Shown in pieces: positions 49,285 through 62,400 of a DNA stretch of 64,000 nucleotides. The stretch comes from Lama glama. Lineage: Eukaryota. The stretch's first letter is position 1. Each line of letters begins with the position of its first letter. Location of the stretch: NCBI GenBank assembly GCA_028534125.1, contig CM052818.1:26228001-26292000 (forward strand). Reading direction: 5' to 3'. The position numbers and the translations under genes are program-made. The notes under the pieces are model-generated. The model made no database searches, was not told the origin of the DNA, and saw only the letters and a list, made by a program, of their open reading frames with translations.

Positions 49285-50435
49285 CTCCACTTACTGACAT
49301 TACTGTCTATAAGTCCATCTCCTCAACTAGAGACCACAAGTTTTTCTTTATTTGCCCAGCTCTACCCATACTGTCAATGAGGTTCTTTCAGGATGCAAGA
49401 TACAGAGATACAGTCCCACAAACTCTAATAAAGGGTATTCATCATAACCATACTTAAGAAAGAACAACACTGGCAAAACAGCTGTCCCAGAGGCTGCCCT
49501 GAGCCTCGGAGCCACTGAATATCCTCTTATAGACAGTGCTGGTTTTGGTCATCAGGCAGCAAGGTCAGTAACTCAATACCAACATTCGTAGTCATCCTTT
49601 CAGAAATGTGAGTCTATTTTAGGGACTTACCTTCTCTTTCCCCCGCTGCCACCAACACCCACCTTATAATGGTAGATAAGGTCTCTAGGTTCTCATGGAA
49701 AAGAATCACATTATGTTACTAGAAAGACTAAAAATGGAGCCCAGTTGAGAGACTCTGCAAAGAAATGAACCCCCACAGTGAGGTGTGTTGAACTTTGGAG
49801 AAATTTTGGAGGAGAAATCTCAGTACAGTGTGCAAGTGCCCTCACTTTTTCCCTATAGAGGAGATCAGAACCACCCTCCTCCCTCCCTTCCCAGGAGCCT
49901 GCAGTCACTGGGGAGGGAAGTCGAGGCAATCCAAGAACACCTGACACAGCCCAGGCCAGAGGAATCTTAGGCCTGGGAGCCAAATTATTCCTGGAGGGAG
50001 GAAGGCACTCTGGAGAAAATGGGGAAAGTAGAGGCATGAAGAGGGCAAAGAGGTAAAGAGCTGAGGCCTGAAGGAGGGGAAAAGAAGGAAGGGAGGGTTA
50101 GGATGAGAGGACATGTCTCCTCAGAAGCCTTCAGGAGTGGAGTCTCACCTTCTGTGCAGTGTGAGTGAAAGAGGGAGCTGGACCAGGACCACAACACCTG
50201 ACTTCCTCTCCTAGGCTGAGCACAGCTTTGAGAATAAGGCAGAAACCCTTCAGTGAAAATAGATTTAACTCTTCCTCCAGATTCAGGATACTCTTAGGCT
50301 GGGGAAGCAGAGAAAAGAAGGCTGGCATGGATCAGTTTCTTCAAGGATGCTGAGATGTTGTAAGATAGGCTAAGAAGGAAGAATCTGGGAAGCCACAGTC
50401 AATAGCTCAAAGTCACGAAATCAAAAATGCATTAA

Positions 50436-50630
50436 CACACTACTATATACAAAATAGATAAACAACAAGGACCTACAGTATAGCACAGGGAACTGTATTT
50501 AATATCTTGTAATAAGCTATAATGGAAAAGAAACTGAAAAAGAATACACACACACACATACATATCTGAATCACTTTGCTGTACACCTGAAGCTAACACA
50601 ACATTGTGAATCAATTATCCTTCAATTTAA
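50436..50630 (+). mobile_element. 5'-truncated artiodactyl-type L1 3' end with TSD
   Basis: actatatacaaaatagataaacaacaaggacctacagtatagcacagggaac...tgaatcactttgctgtacacctgaagctaacacaacattgt; aaaaatgcattaa at 50423-50435 and 50629-50641. Confidence 0.92.
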
Positions 50631-51061
50631 AAATGCATTAAACACTTGGGTGGAGGAACAGGCCTAGATCAGAAAGTCTCATGCTATCAGCGCTAGCTGT
50701 TACAAAGCAAACTGAATGCAGAAGCATCATTTGGACTCTGCAGAGTCAAAGTGCCCAGAAAAGTGAGCAAGAGATAATAAGTGGAAGTTAATTCTCACTA
50801 ATGTGATACACATAAAATATGGCTATAGTTTCTTTGTTTAATGTTCTGCCTTTACTGACATATTTTAGTATTTGTAATCTCATTTTTCCCTAATCCCATT
50901 TTTCTCATAAGGTCACATGTTCCTCAAGTGGAAATTTTCCCACCACAAAGGTTTTCACAAACCTAATCTCTGCAGTTGGTCATGAACTAAATATAATGTG
51001 GTCAAATTGTACAGCACTGCCATTAGTTGACAATGAGTTTGAGATGTGGCAGAACAGGAGG

Positions 51062-51295
51062 ATAATAATAATGCCCATTATTTAGTGATCAGTTACTACT
51101 TACCAGGTACCCTGCTCTACATTTCATCTCATTTAATCCTTCTAACAACACGGTGAGGGGGTGTTATCCTGTTTTACAGGTATGGAATCTGAGGCAAAGA
51201 AAGTGTGAGGGAATTGCTCTAAGTTCCACAACTAAAAAGAGAGGGAGATTCAAACCCAGAAATAGCTGAATCCAAAACTCACGCGTGCTGCCTGC
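51062..51295 (-). mobile_element. MIR SINE
   Basis: catctcatttaatccttctaacaacacggtgagg...ttttacaggtatggaatctgaggc...gagattcaaacccag. Confidence 0.82.
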
Positions 51296-52134
51296 CTATG
51301 GGAAAGAAGCATGGTAGAGGGCTTGTGGCGGCCCTTGAAGGATGAATGAAAATTGGTTGTAGAAGGGAGAAAAGAAGAAATTCAAACTGAGGTTGGGGCA
51401 GAGGAGTAAGGACACAGATGGAGAGTAGGGAAGACCTCTCTACTTGGGACTCAGTTTCATACTGGGACCCAGCAAGAGCCGAAGATGGAAAGCCTGATGG
51501 GGTCAAATGGGGAAGCCCTTGAAATGCAGGAGGACTGTCCACGTGATTCATCATGGGAGACAGAGTTCTTGGGTCTCCTCTCAGTCTTAGGTTGAGTGGT
51601 GCAACCACTCATCTCATTTAATAATTCTCTAGGCCATTTTTAAAGTGATTATTTTTGGCAACAATGATGTTGGCAGGAAATAAGGACATATGGGTGTGGA
51701 AGAAGAGTCGATAGGGAAGAGGTAGTCCAGAGGGTGTGGTGGCTTGGAGGAATATTTGCCAGGCTAAAGGAAAATATTTTGATAAACTTATTCACTCATG
51801 TAAACTGGTTCGTCTAATTCGATTCTTCTGGGACAATGTCAGGGCCTCTAAACCCAGGAAAAGGAGAAAGGGAAAGGCAAATGGATTCTTTAACTCCTGC
51901 AGAAAACCGTAGCTCGGGTTCTACTTGAGGATAGATGGCAGCGGATACTGCAGTCAATCTGGATACTGCAGTAAAGCTGAGTGGTTTGCATCCTAAGCTT
52001 GGACCTTCTTAGTTGGCCACTGCAGGTGACTTCTGTTGACAAATCAGCTCTCTCACCTTTGGGGACGTGAGTGGACCTGCTAACTGTGAGTCCTGTTTCA
52101 GACGAGCATTTAGCCAGGGGAGTGGGGACTCATG

Positions 52135-52350
52135 GATTTTATTAAGGGCCTGTATGCCAGACAGCTTTATATATGTTTTGCCATTTGGTTCCCCCCACTG
52201 CCCCCAAACCCTGTGAAGTGATTATTCCTCAATTCCAGCTGTGGAAACAGGCTGAGTGTATGGCACTGAAGGTCACGCAGCTTGAAAGCAGAGAAGGAGG
52301 GCTTTGAGCCTGGTTCTTTCTAACTCCAAGCCAAGTGCTCTGTCTCCACC
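52135..52350 (-). mobile_element. MIR SINE
   Basis: aaccctgtgaagtgattatt...gtggaaacaggctgag...aaggtcacgcagct...tttgagcctgg...aactccaagcc. Confidence 0.65.
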
Positions 52351-54368
52351 ATTACTGTGGACTGTAGGTTAAAAACAAAGAAATTAAGCAGAGGAGCTAG
52401 GGAGGAGGAAGAGCAGGAAATACAACAAGGAAGTAAAAGAAAAAAATCCAAGAGGTTTGTCTTGTTGTTTGGATGCAAACGGAGGTCAGGACCCACAGTT
52501 TAGGATACCCACTGAGCAGTCAACATGGAGCTAAGGGCTGCTGAAAGCACTGTTGTCCTCCAGCTTTTCAGTTTTCTAGAAAGAATCTCTCTTAGTCTGT
52601 CTGCCAGAAAGTGAACCTGAAGGAGTATGCATGACGATGGTGAGATGAGCATGCTGGATTGCTGTAAGGGTCTTAATCCTGGAGATTTATGTCTGTGGCT
52701 TCACTGTGAAAACAAAACTATTTTCCTTGACCTGTCATGGGGCAACAATCAGAAGAAGAATGTGAGGTTTACTCTTGAGGAAGCATGTGGTTCTTAACAG
52801 AGCCTCTCTTACCAATGGGGTGATTTGTAGGTAAAATATAAAGGACTAGGAAGAAAAAGAATAAAGAAAACATGACAGAATTCCAGTTATCCTGCTTCAG
52901 GACAAGGAAACAAAGAATAAGCTTTGGGAATAAAATATGATACATTTTTGTATATTTTTTCAGCATTAAGATGCAAGTCATTCTGCACTTGGAAGTTGGT
53001 TTTGTATCAGTTCACATAGGGTTGATCTATTTTTCCCTGTTGTTAAAAAAACATCTCAAGACATGCATGACAGGTCTTCAGAAAATGCCGTGATTCCTGA
53101 GCCACTGTGGATAATTACACATTAATATGGATTGACAAAGGCTAGTTGTGATCCCAGTCGATGCTTGTCTGGATAATGGGGGGTCCAGCCCATATGTCAG
53201 GTGGGTGCAATGGCTTCAGGCCGTGGTAAGATCCTACAGTGTGAAACCAATGCAATAACAGCAGTAGCAAAGCTGTAGACTGAACTGTTAGGCAGGCTGG
53301 AGGTGGCAGTGCCCAGGGTAGCAGCCAAGGCGCAGGCAAGAAGCAGACACAGCCAGTCTGAGGTCATGGGATCTGAGCTATCAGAGTTGCCCAGAGACAG
53401 TCCTAGGACAAGAAAGAGCTCCATGGGAACTAGGGGGTTTTTCAAGACCTGATACTATCTGCCCCTTAAGAGCAGAGCCATGTTTTATAAACCATTCCAT
53501 AACCCCCAAACCTACCTCAGATCCTTACCCTAGAACAATACACATCAAGGTGTGGTTGAACATGTGAACTCTTTGGCCTCCCCCAGGCATCAGGTCTATG
53601 CGGCCAGAAGGAAAAGAAATCTCAGTGATAAAAAGGGGTCCCCTAACCTTTCTGGGTGGCAAAAATTGTCCCTGAGCCCATGAGCTTTCTACTTTCATGA
53701 ATGAAAAACGCATGGCTTTCTCCACCTGGAGTTGAGGTCCAGTTTGATTGGGATAGAGCAGATACTCTCCATTTTCTAAAAATGGACTGCTTTGGATCCC
53801 GTTGTGGTCTAAATTTGGTAACTGAGACCTTGCCCTCCTTTTCAACAGAGAACTTTCTTCTCTAGAGATGGTTACCAATAATTCCTCATCTAACCTATTC
53901 CAACTCATTTTGGAGGCATACCTGAACAACATACATGCTCAAGTTAGTGTGGTATGAAATAGATTCCCAGGACCAAGGGTATCCAAGAGTAAAACAAATG
54001 CCTAAATTATTGCATATTTTGCCCTTCTTTCCCTGAGTTTCTGCAATAATTCACATATATTTCCATGAGTCTTTATCTTGCACTGTTTTCATTATTTGAT
54101 TCTATCACCGTGAACTCTACATGAATAGAGGTCAAGCACAGTGCCTTATAGTAGAACATCAATAAAAAGTTGCTGATGGTGAATTAAAAATAATGAATTA
54201 ATGTGTTCATAATATGGAACTGGAGAGAAAGCTAAAGCATTTGAATTTCAAGCAGCTCAGTATATTCTCTTCTAGATAGACAATGTTTTGCCATACTCTT
54301 TCCACATCCAATCTTAATGCATGAATTCAGACTGCCTTGGCATTTTATTATTTTATGGTCGTTCCTAC

Positions 54369-54796
54369 TGTGACAGACCTGCCGCTAACAACTTTCTTCA
54401 AGAAAGATATTGACATTCAGCTGCGCTAAGTGCAGCCAGCCATCTGCTATGCCTTGAGATTCTACCCACAGCACTGGAGCTGATTTCTTACTCTGCTGCA
54501 TCCCCTGGACAATGACTGAGCCTTTGGGAGGAGGAGCACCAGGGCATAGACCCCTCTAATGGGCAGTCTTTGTCCTGGAGTTTCCATTGTCCCCTACTTG
54601 GTCTGAGCCTTTTCTTGCCCAATTTTGCTCCTCTTCCCCATTTCAGGTATCAGATCCGTATCACCATCTAAAGACGTTCCCTGCCCAATACTGCCTTCTC
54701 CCTCTTTATCTTTCACAGACTTTACCTCCCAATAAATCTCTTATACTCCCATCTCCCATCCCAGAGTCTGCTTCCCAGAGGATCTAAGTTGACACA
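54369..54796 (+). mobile_element. ERVL-type solo LTR (LTR16-like)
   Basis: TG...CA termini; cctcccaataaatctcttatac...gtctgcttcccagaggatctaagttgacaca; near-TSD cctac/tctac. Confidence 0.75.
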
Positions 54797-56409
54797 TCTA
54801 CACAATATCTCATCAGATTTATCTTCTTCCTTAAAACATGGTGGAGAGATTTTATTAACTTGAATGTATAGTGTTTCCCCATCATAGCTATAGCCTTGTT
54901 GAAGTGCCCCTCCCCACCCCAAAGAAAATCATTTATTGTGACCATGAAGCCTATGCCAGATTGTATTTTGGATCCTCATGTTGTTTATGCAAAAATGCCA
55001 TCTCCTGGGTGTGGCTAAGCTCGAGAATGGGGCTGTCTAAGACATCACCCCACACATGAGCTCTTTGGTGAGATTTTTCAAGCTTGGATCACAGCCTGAA
55101 AGAAACCTGAGTGCCACCCAGGGGGTTGAAGGGGCCCTGAAAATGTTGGGAGGTGATAATGAGAGCAATCATGTTTGAATGGGTTTGTGAGGGCTCTCGG
55201 ATGGGGCCCTTGAGAAGTCTAGTGCTTCTCTTCCACTTGGTATTTTGCATTTTTGGCAGAGGATATGTTAAATTTTGGAATGAGGTTATCACAAGCTATT
55301 TAATTTGCCAAAGAATCAACTACTGCTTCAAGTCTTATGTTCTCTCATCTCTTGTTTAATTCTGCCTTGCCAGGGAGAGACTGCTCTCATGTGGCTCCTG
55401 GTAGCCCCACTGGGAGCTGATAGTGGGCTGGTGGAAGTGGGGTAAAAGATGCAGCCAAGAAAATCAAACAACCTGAGTCCTATTATTTATCCACTTGCTG
55501 CTTGTAATCTGGCATTCTTGCAGACACTACTGGAACCCCTCTCCTCATTATGAGGCATATCAGCTACACAGCAGACACATACTTCTCCTATTACATAATG
55601 CCCCAACACTGGGCATTGAAAATATCAATTCCATCAGCTGTGACTTTGTGTGCTCAACTACATGAAAAAAAGGAAAACATTAAAAAGCATCAATGCAGGC
55701 ATGCTTTGATGCAGCAATAACATGGCTGGTGCATTGTTTAAAGGAGCAGAATGTAAAATGTCAACACAGTTGACTGCCTCCTCCAAGGAGGCTTCTCTGA
55801 CCTCTTCTTGGCTCCAGCCACTTCAATCATTCATCGGCCGCATAGGCCCTTGGGTATGAGCCTGTGTAACTCTAGTTGGTTTGTATATTTTTATGCTCTG
55901 TCTGGGAGTTGGAAGGAATTGGAGAAGACATATAGAACAACCTCTAACTGAAACCAGGAAGCCCCTCTCATAAAAAGTAGCCATGTCTTAAGCAGGCATT
56001 AGGTTCCAAAGTCAGCATGTAGGGTGAAGTCAAGTATTGTTAGCATCACCTTTGAAAAATCCCAAAATAAGAGGCACGTGGTAACTGAGGCAATGTGGGA
56101 TGGAGGGAGGCAGACCCAGTGTCTTTAGTCTCACTCTTACCCCAGGGCCGAAACAACCTTATAAGTGGGATGGCACGGAGAATTCGCTACACTATTTAAT
56201 CATTTTTCATTTGCATTTTTATCAAGGTTACAAATGCCTTATTTTATGGAATCAAACTATTCTACCAGATTTGTGGCAGGAATGATCAATTCCCCCATCT
56301 TCTCTTTCCTTTCCCCACAGGCAATGATTTTCAACTCAAAAGACTGTGTCACCACATTTAACTCTAAATAACACATTTGTGTGGCTACTTCTTGGTCTTT
56401 CATTTTTAG

Positions 56410-58273
56410 GCATCAACTGTTGACTTCCTACTGTGGAAGGCAGAGAATGTAGTTCTTTTTCATTTCCCTTCACCATCACATGCCCGTACCGTTTCCTCAT
56501 CCTCCCATTACAGCTATACTTTTGCTTTAGATCAATATTCGGTGTTTACATTTTCATGTCTATGTAAATGGTATTCACAGCTGAACCACGAAGGAAACTT
56601 ATTCATTTCCTTTTTTGAACGACCTTTTATTTTCCCTGAAGCTAATAATTACGCCTTGTTTTGTCTTTTCATTTGCTCGATTTTTTATGCACTTACACGA
56701 ATGCAACCTCAAACCCTCCACCAGTTTTCCAAATCTCCTGCCACTATGTTCAAATGCCTCACAGGGTCAATTAGTTTCATCCTGGAGAAATTTTCTGGAG
56801 CCTTCCGACCCATTCTTACATGGCCTGGTTACCCTTCCTCGCTGGATACAGCTGTCGTCCTGGGTCATGATTCCATCTTATCCCAGAAATATCACTGGAC
56901 TTTCTCCCGTGTTAGAGCTCCTCTTTCCTATATCCCATGGCTTCCTCCTCTTCTGCTCAGCCCTTCATTAGAGTAGAACGTATCTTACTAGAGCTTCCTG
57001 AGAAAGGGTGAAGAGGAAGTACCTTTAAAAAATGTTGAATGTCAAAAATAGTCCTCATTCTATCTCAGACTCTACTTATGGTTTGAGTGTATAATTTTAG
57101 GTGGCCAATTACTTTCTTTCAGAATTATGAAGGCATGAAACTCCTCTGTTCTAACTTCTCACATTGCAACTGAAAAGAATGATACCATTCTGATTTGTTT
57201 CTTTGTAAATGTGCTTTCTCTGTGAAAGCCTGCAGGATCTTATCTTTGTCATGAGCATTCTGAAATTTCACAATAATTTGCATTGATATGGGTCTATTTT
57301 TATTCACTGGGCTGGGCACTTTGTGCGTCCTTTCAATATGGAAATTCATATCTTACTGGAAATTTTTCTCAGATTATTTATTTATTGATTTTATTCCTTC
57401 ATTTTACCTCTTCTCTTTTTCTGGGACTCCTATTGTTTGCATCTTGGACTCCTTAGGATAGTTTTTCTTAACTTTTTAAAACTTTTCTATTGTCTATATC
57501 TGTCTTTTTGCTCTACTTGCTGGAAATTTTCAACTTTATCTTTCAGCTCCCCTATTTTTTCATTTTTGCTATCATATTTTTAATTTTTAAGAGCTTTTTT
57601 TCCCCATGAATGTTTCTTTTTAATAAAGCATCCTTATCTTGCTTCATGGTTGCAATATCTTATCTCCTTAAAGCTATTGACATAGGGTTAGGATACACAC
57701 ACACACACACACACTCTTCCCTCTTACAAAGTCTCCGCTTCCTCTAAATTGCTTTATTTTTCTACAATTTGTTTCGCTTTCAGTCTTTAATATGAGGCTT
57801 CCCTCATATGTCTGATGATCCTTGGTTGTCTTTACTACTTAAGGCACTAAAAAGCTGACTGGAAGCTTCAAATCATGAGTGGCTCTTACTAAATATTAGC
57901 TTCCTTATAGGGTGATCTGGCTGGAAACCCCAGTGTCAATATCTTGAGGTGCTTCCTCTTGATTTGGTCAGGTTTCCCAGAGAAGACATATTCAGTCTTC
58001 TGCCTGGAGGGTGAAGGCCCATCCATCGGTGTTCTGATAGCTGACTGGTTCAGAATTTTGTAGGGTAAATCAAGTTCCCTTTTCACTTTTCCACAGTTGC
58101 CTGAGGAGTCAGCTTTCTCGGGTTTGCTGTCACGCCTCCAACATGTTGCTGTCATTATCTCTTCTCTCATTCTTCCCACCCTTGTTGGTTTATGCCTTTA
58201 AAAAAAATTCCAGGATTTGGGGAGGAAGTGAAAATAGATGTATATATTTAATCCATCATCTTAACCGGAATCC
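56410..58273 (-). mobile_element. HAL1 (half-L1) / ancient L1 ORF1 element, near complete
   Basis: Minus ORF MNFHIERTHKVPSPVNKNRPISMQIIVKFQNAHDKDKILQA is ORF1p-like; 5' terminus on minus strand ggattccggttaagatgatggatt; no ORF2 sequence seen after ORF1. Confidence 0.8.
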
Positions 58274-58374
58274 ATTATTTAATTGTCTTCTTTCTTCCTT
58301 TTGGCTTCATAGACAAAAACTTGGATTTGTATGAGTTATATGCGCAGGCTTTGTCTTCCCAGGGATTATAGTGA

Positions 58375-58590
58375 TATTTGATGAGTATCTTACAGTTTAT
58401 AGTTATTTTCTCACTCTTGACCTCATTTGGTTTTTACTATGACCTAGTGAGGTAGAAACTCTGAAAAATATTATTCTTTTGTTTTAAGTATGAAAAAACT
58501 AAGATTTATAGGAGTTGAGTCCTATTCAAGTTTCATGAGTTGGTAAGGAGCTAAGACAAGACTCAAAACCAGATTTTCTGACTCCAGGCT
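58375..58590 (-). mobile_element. MIR SINE
   Basis: cctcatttggtttttactatgacctagtgaggtag...gagctaagacaagactcaaaaccagattttctgactcca. Confidence 0.65.
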
Positions 58591-59644
58591 TTTTTGGTGA
58601 ACACATTCTGTAATGAATCTGCAAAGAAGCCTATCTCACTAGCGGATGACTCTACTGGGAGACTCCTGATTAACAGCTGAAACCTGCCTCCTTTAAAGCT
58701 CCCCACAGGTTCTGGTTCTGCCATCTTCAGCTACATGGCATAGATTAAATTTTACTTCCCCATATGAGGCCTTTAACACTTTGTATTCAGCTGTCATTGG
58801 GGTATAGATGAAATGCAGTGGGTTGTAAAAGTTCAGGAACTCTGAGTCTAGGATGTTAATGAGTGTCAAAGTTGTCTTTGGTGATGGCAGGTAGGATGTG
58901 GCTGAGATGCCAGAATTCTCAAAGCATGATGGTAGTAAGTGATGGGAGGTTAGCAGATGACAGCAACAAGGCAGAGCAGAGAGAACATGGTGCATCTGAA
59001 GAGCATGAAGCTCAAAGGAGGAAGAGATTTTGCCTATGGGTGGACGGTGGGTGTGTAATGAGAAGATCGGGGAAGGCTGCCCTTGCCTCCTGGCCACAGA
59101 ATTAGGTTGGAAACAATCAAGGTAAGACAAGGAGGTGGAAGAAACAATGGCATGGAGATTGAAGAGGTGAAGTATTCATTATAAGGGAATGGAGTTCAAA
59201 TAAAGTGAAGTGGAAAGAAGTGGAATGAGCGTTAGTAAAAAGGAGAGTTGGGAGAAAGTAATCTCAGGGCAATTCAAGGATATGTATGTGGTCATGAGTC
59301 AATTAAAAGCATACAATTCCTCTACCCTTGATGTGCTGCTGAGGCAATGGAAGGCAGTATTAAGGCAGCTGGAGTTTTGCTTAGGTCTCTCCCTTCTTTC
59401 AATGGAAACATACCTGTAGGGAAAGTCTGTGTCCTCACCTGTAGCATGCCCTGGCTTGCCACCTGGCCCACAGGGTTCTTTCTTGTCCATCACCACCAAA
59501 GGCACTTGGTGAAGGATTTGGTCTGAAGCCAAAGCAAATAGCAGCTGAGAGACACACAACAGTTGGTGTCTGGCTCAGATGGCTCTGGCGCCTTCTTAGA
59601 CAACCCCCTCCCCCAAAGAAGTCTGCCTGGCTTGATGAAAACTA

Positions 59645-59935
59645 CATCTAACATTTGTGCAGTGCTTTGGGGTTTAACAGGTACTTCCACATATAGTATC
59701 TCACTCCATCCTCCAACTATACTTGTGGTAAATTTCATGATTCCCATTTTATTGATGAGGAAACTTCCAGCTCCATCCCTTATAACTGAGTGACACTGAA
59801 TAAATCATTAACTCTCTCTGAACAGCAGCTTTCTTAGCAATAAAATAGGAAGAAGACTTAGGACAAAGTTGTTTTGAGAATTATATAGGGTTATATGTAC
59901 ATAGTGTTTGCACACAGTTATCATTCCATAAATCT
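59645..59935. mobile_element. Two adjacent MIRs in opposite orientation
   Basis: Minus copy ending cccattttattgatgaggaaact (~59765) abuts a plus copy ccagctccatcccttataactgagtgacactgaataaatcattaactctctctgaac. Confidence 0.65.
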
Positions 59936-60084
59936 TCGTTCTATATTTCGACTTAAATGATTGACCACAGTTTACTCAGCCAGAGAAAGGAAGATTTAGA
60001 GTTCCCATCTGTATTTGCCACTGAGGAGCAAGTCACTCATGAGAGAAGGGAGGAATAGTTTATAAGCAGGCAGCTTCAGTGATC

Positions 60085-60630
60085 GTGATAGAGTATAAGG
60101 CTGGCCCTAGCAATAGCTTCCATCCCTGGGTGCATGCTTCTTTGTGATGTGAAATTATCATCCTTTCAATTAAAGATGGAGTCTATTTTCCCTCCCTCTT
60201 GAATCTGGGCTGGTCCTATGACTTGCTTTGATCCACAGAATGTGGCAGGTGTGACACTGGACCTTGAGTGTCCATTCTCACCTTCTTGATGCTCTGTGAC
60301 TCCCACGTTAGGGAGCGCAGGCTGGTCTCCTTGAGGATGAGGGACAACATGGAGACAGAGTCCCAGTCACCCGAGGAATTCCAGCCATCACCACTGAGGC
60401 CCCAGATATGACTGAGGCCAGCTGGACTAGTCAGCCTCCTAGTCAGCATTCCCCAGTACCTACCCCCTCACCTGCCAAGTGACTGCAGCACACACAAGCC
60501 CAGGTGAGCCCAGCACAGGAACTGCCCAGGTTCCTGGTCCAAATTACAGGATCATGAATAAATATATTATCTTTGTTTTAGCCCACTAAATTTTGGGTGG
60601 ATTGTTGAACAGAAATAGAAAACTGATACA
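60085..60630 (+). mobile_element. MLT1 (MLT1G/H-like) solo LTR
   Basis: atggagtctattttccctccctcttgaatctgggctggtcctatgacttgctttgatccacagaatgtggcag...ttttagcccactaaattttgggtggattgtt...aatagaaaactgataca. Confidence 0.88.
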
Positions 60631-62019
60631 TGACTAAGATCAGATGCTAGGACAGTGTCCATAAGTTTGCAATAGATACTGAAATCAGGTACAAAAGGAC
60701 CCCAGGGTGTCACCTTTCTCCTTTAAATTATGGTTGACTCGACACCATCTGGTCATCCTTTTGACAAAGATAGAACTATGAACAAATGAATTTGTGAGGA
60801 CTTATGGCTCTAATACATGTAATTGTTTAGATTACTAGATATGGTAGGATCTTACATCCAGGGGGCTCAAGCTCAGAGCCATTGATTCCCACCTTATCTT
60901 TATGACCAATAAAGGACCAGACCATTTATTCCTGATAGAAAGTCTTAGGAATATTCCCAACATCATGCTAGGAGTCCACAGTCAAGCTTGCGACCAAATC
61001 TCTCAGTCCTCGACTCTCATCAGTCCCTTTGACCATGTGGAGAGAGTATAGTCACTTCACCATCATCTAATCAGACTTTCAGAGACCTCTAGATTGTTCT
61101 GGAGCAAATAATGCTTTGAAAGGGGATACAGAAGCAGGAAGGATGGAAACAAGATATTTCAGGGTAGGCTGAACTGATTACTCCAGACCTGACGCTGTCT
61201 GGGTCGACATAAACATTTCAGAGAAACTGTGGTCTGAAGGGACTGAGACAGTCCCTGAAGAACTTCACAACTGGAGTGAAATGTCCAAAGTAACCTGTTC
61301 TTTCCTGAGCAGGGAAAACCCTGGGGTACTTCTCAGGTAGTTCCAACCCTAGACCTGCTCATGGGCGAGGGAGAAGACTGAAGTGACTTCATGCAGTGGA
61401 GATCACACCACATTCTCCCTGCAGGCCAAAAAGACTGGCTTTAGAGAAATTAATCCATGGGCCACTGGGAAAACACTAGTAAAATATCCATGTGTGTATC
61501 CGCTTGCCCTTAAGTAAAGTGAGATTAATAACATAGGTCACGAGTCACTTGTGAAGTATAGAGGCGCAGTTTGCTGCGTAGATTCTAAGGTTCCTCCCAA
61601 TGGCTAAGATCCGTTTTTATTAGGTCTCTCTCACCCTCCCCTCTTGGTCTCTCGGCCAACGGTAGAGATAAGGCAAAAGAGTCGGGACAGCAGAAATGGC
61701 TGTTTGGTTTCTGAGCTCTGCTTTCTCTGCACAATTCCACTGTGCATGAGGACAGGCAGGACAAAGAGGGGTGGCCCAAGCTGGGGACCCCAGTGCTCAG
61801 TGCTGGGCGCTCAGAGCTGTGGTGTGCAGCCCACCTATCCAGCCCACAGGCAGTCAGCAGCATTCATGGGGGCGGTGAGGGGACTCCGGGGGAAAGCACA
61901 GCCTGCTGGAAAGGACACCAGGAAGCAGGAAATCTGGCTCCAGCACTGATGGGCTGCATGAATTTAGGCAGATTAATAAATTAACATTTTTGTCTCAATT
62001 TACAATCTGCTTTCAAAAG

Positions 62020-62400
62020 TAGTTTTGAATTAATCCTCCCACGCCCATTGTGACATGCATGACGTATCGTGTCGTTTTTCCTACCTAAGATGAAGAAGTT
62101 GAGGTTCAGAGAGGCAAAGCAACCTGCCCAAAGGCACAAGGCAAACAGAACCAGAGTCTGCTGCCTCCAACTCTTTTGCTTTTCCTACCATCCCTTATAC
62201 ATTAACTTCTCTAAGTCGGAGAGGAACCATCATTTTCAATCATCATTGAAATAATGACAACTTTACTGGACACTCTCTCTGTGTGAGGTAAGCATGCTAG
62301 CTGTGTTATCTCATTTAATCCTTAAAATAACCTGTGGGCAGGAGCTATTTTCATCTCTGTTTACAGATGAGAGAACTGAGGCTTAGAGAGATCAGAGAAA
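62020..62400 (-). mobile_element. Two MIR copies (~62020-62190 and ~62250-62400)
   Basis: agatgaagaagttgaggttcagagagg...cctgcccaaaggcaca; tatctcatttaatccttaaaataacctgtg...tttacagatgagagaactgaggcttagagag. Confidence 0.8.

Noticed and set aside
50830..50970. Possible Tigger-like DNA transposon remnant
   Set aside because: Resemblance too faint to support without a Dfam search
53140..53932. 135-aa ORF and possible old LTR sequence
   Set aside because: No recognisable protein, and no clear LTR termini or TSD by eye
59440..59522. 83-nt minus-strand exon candidate (CAG|GTGAGG donor)
   Set aside because: Mediocre acceptor and unrecognised peptide; within chance expectation
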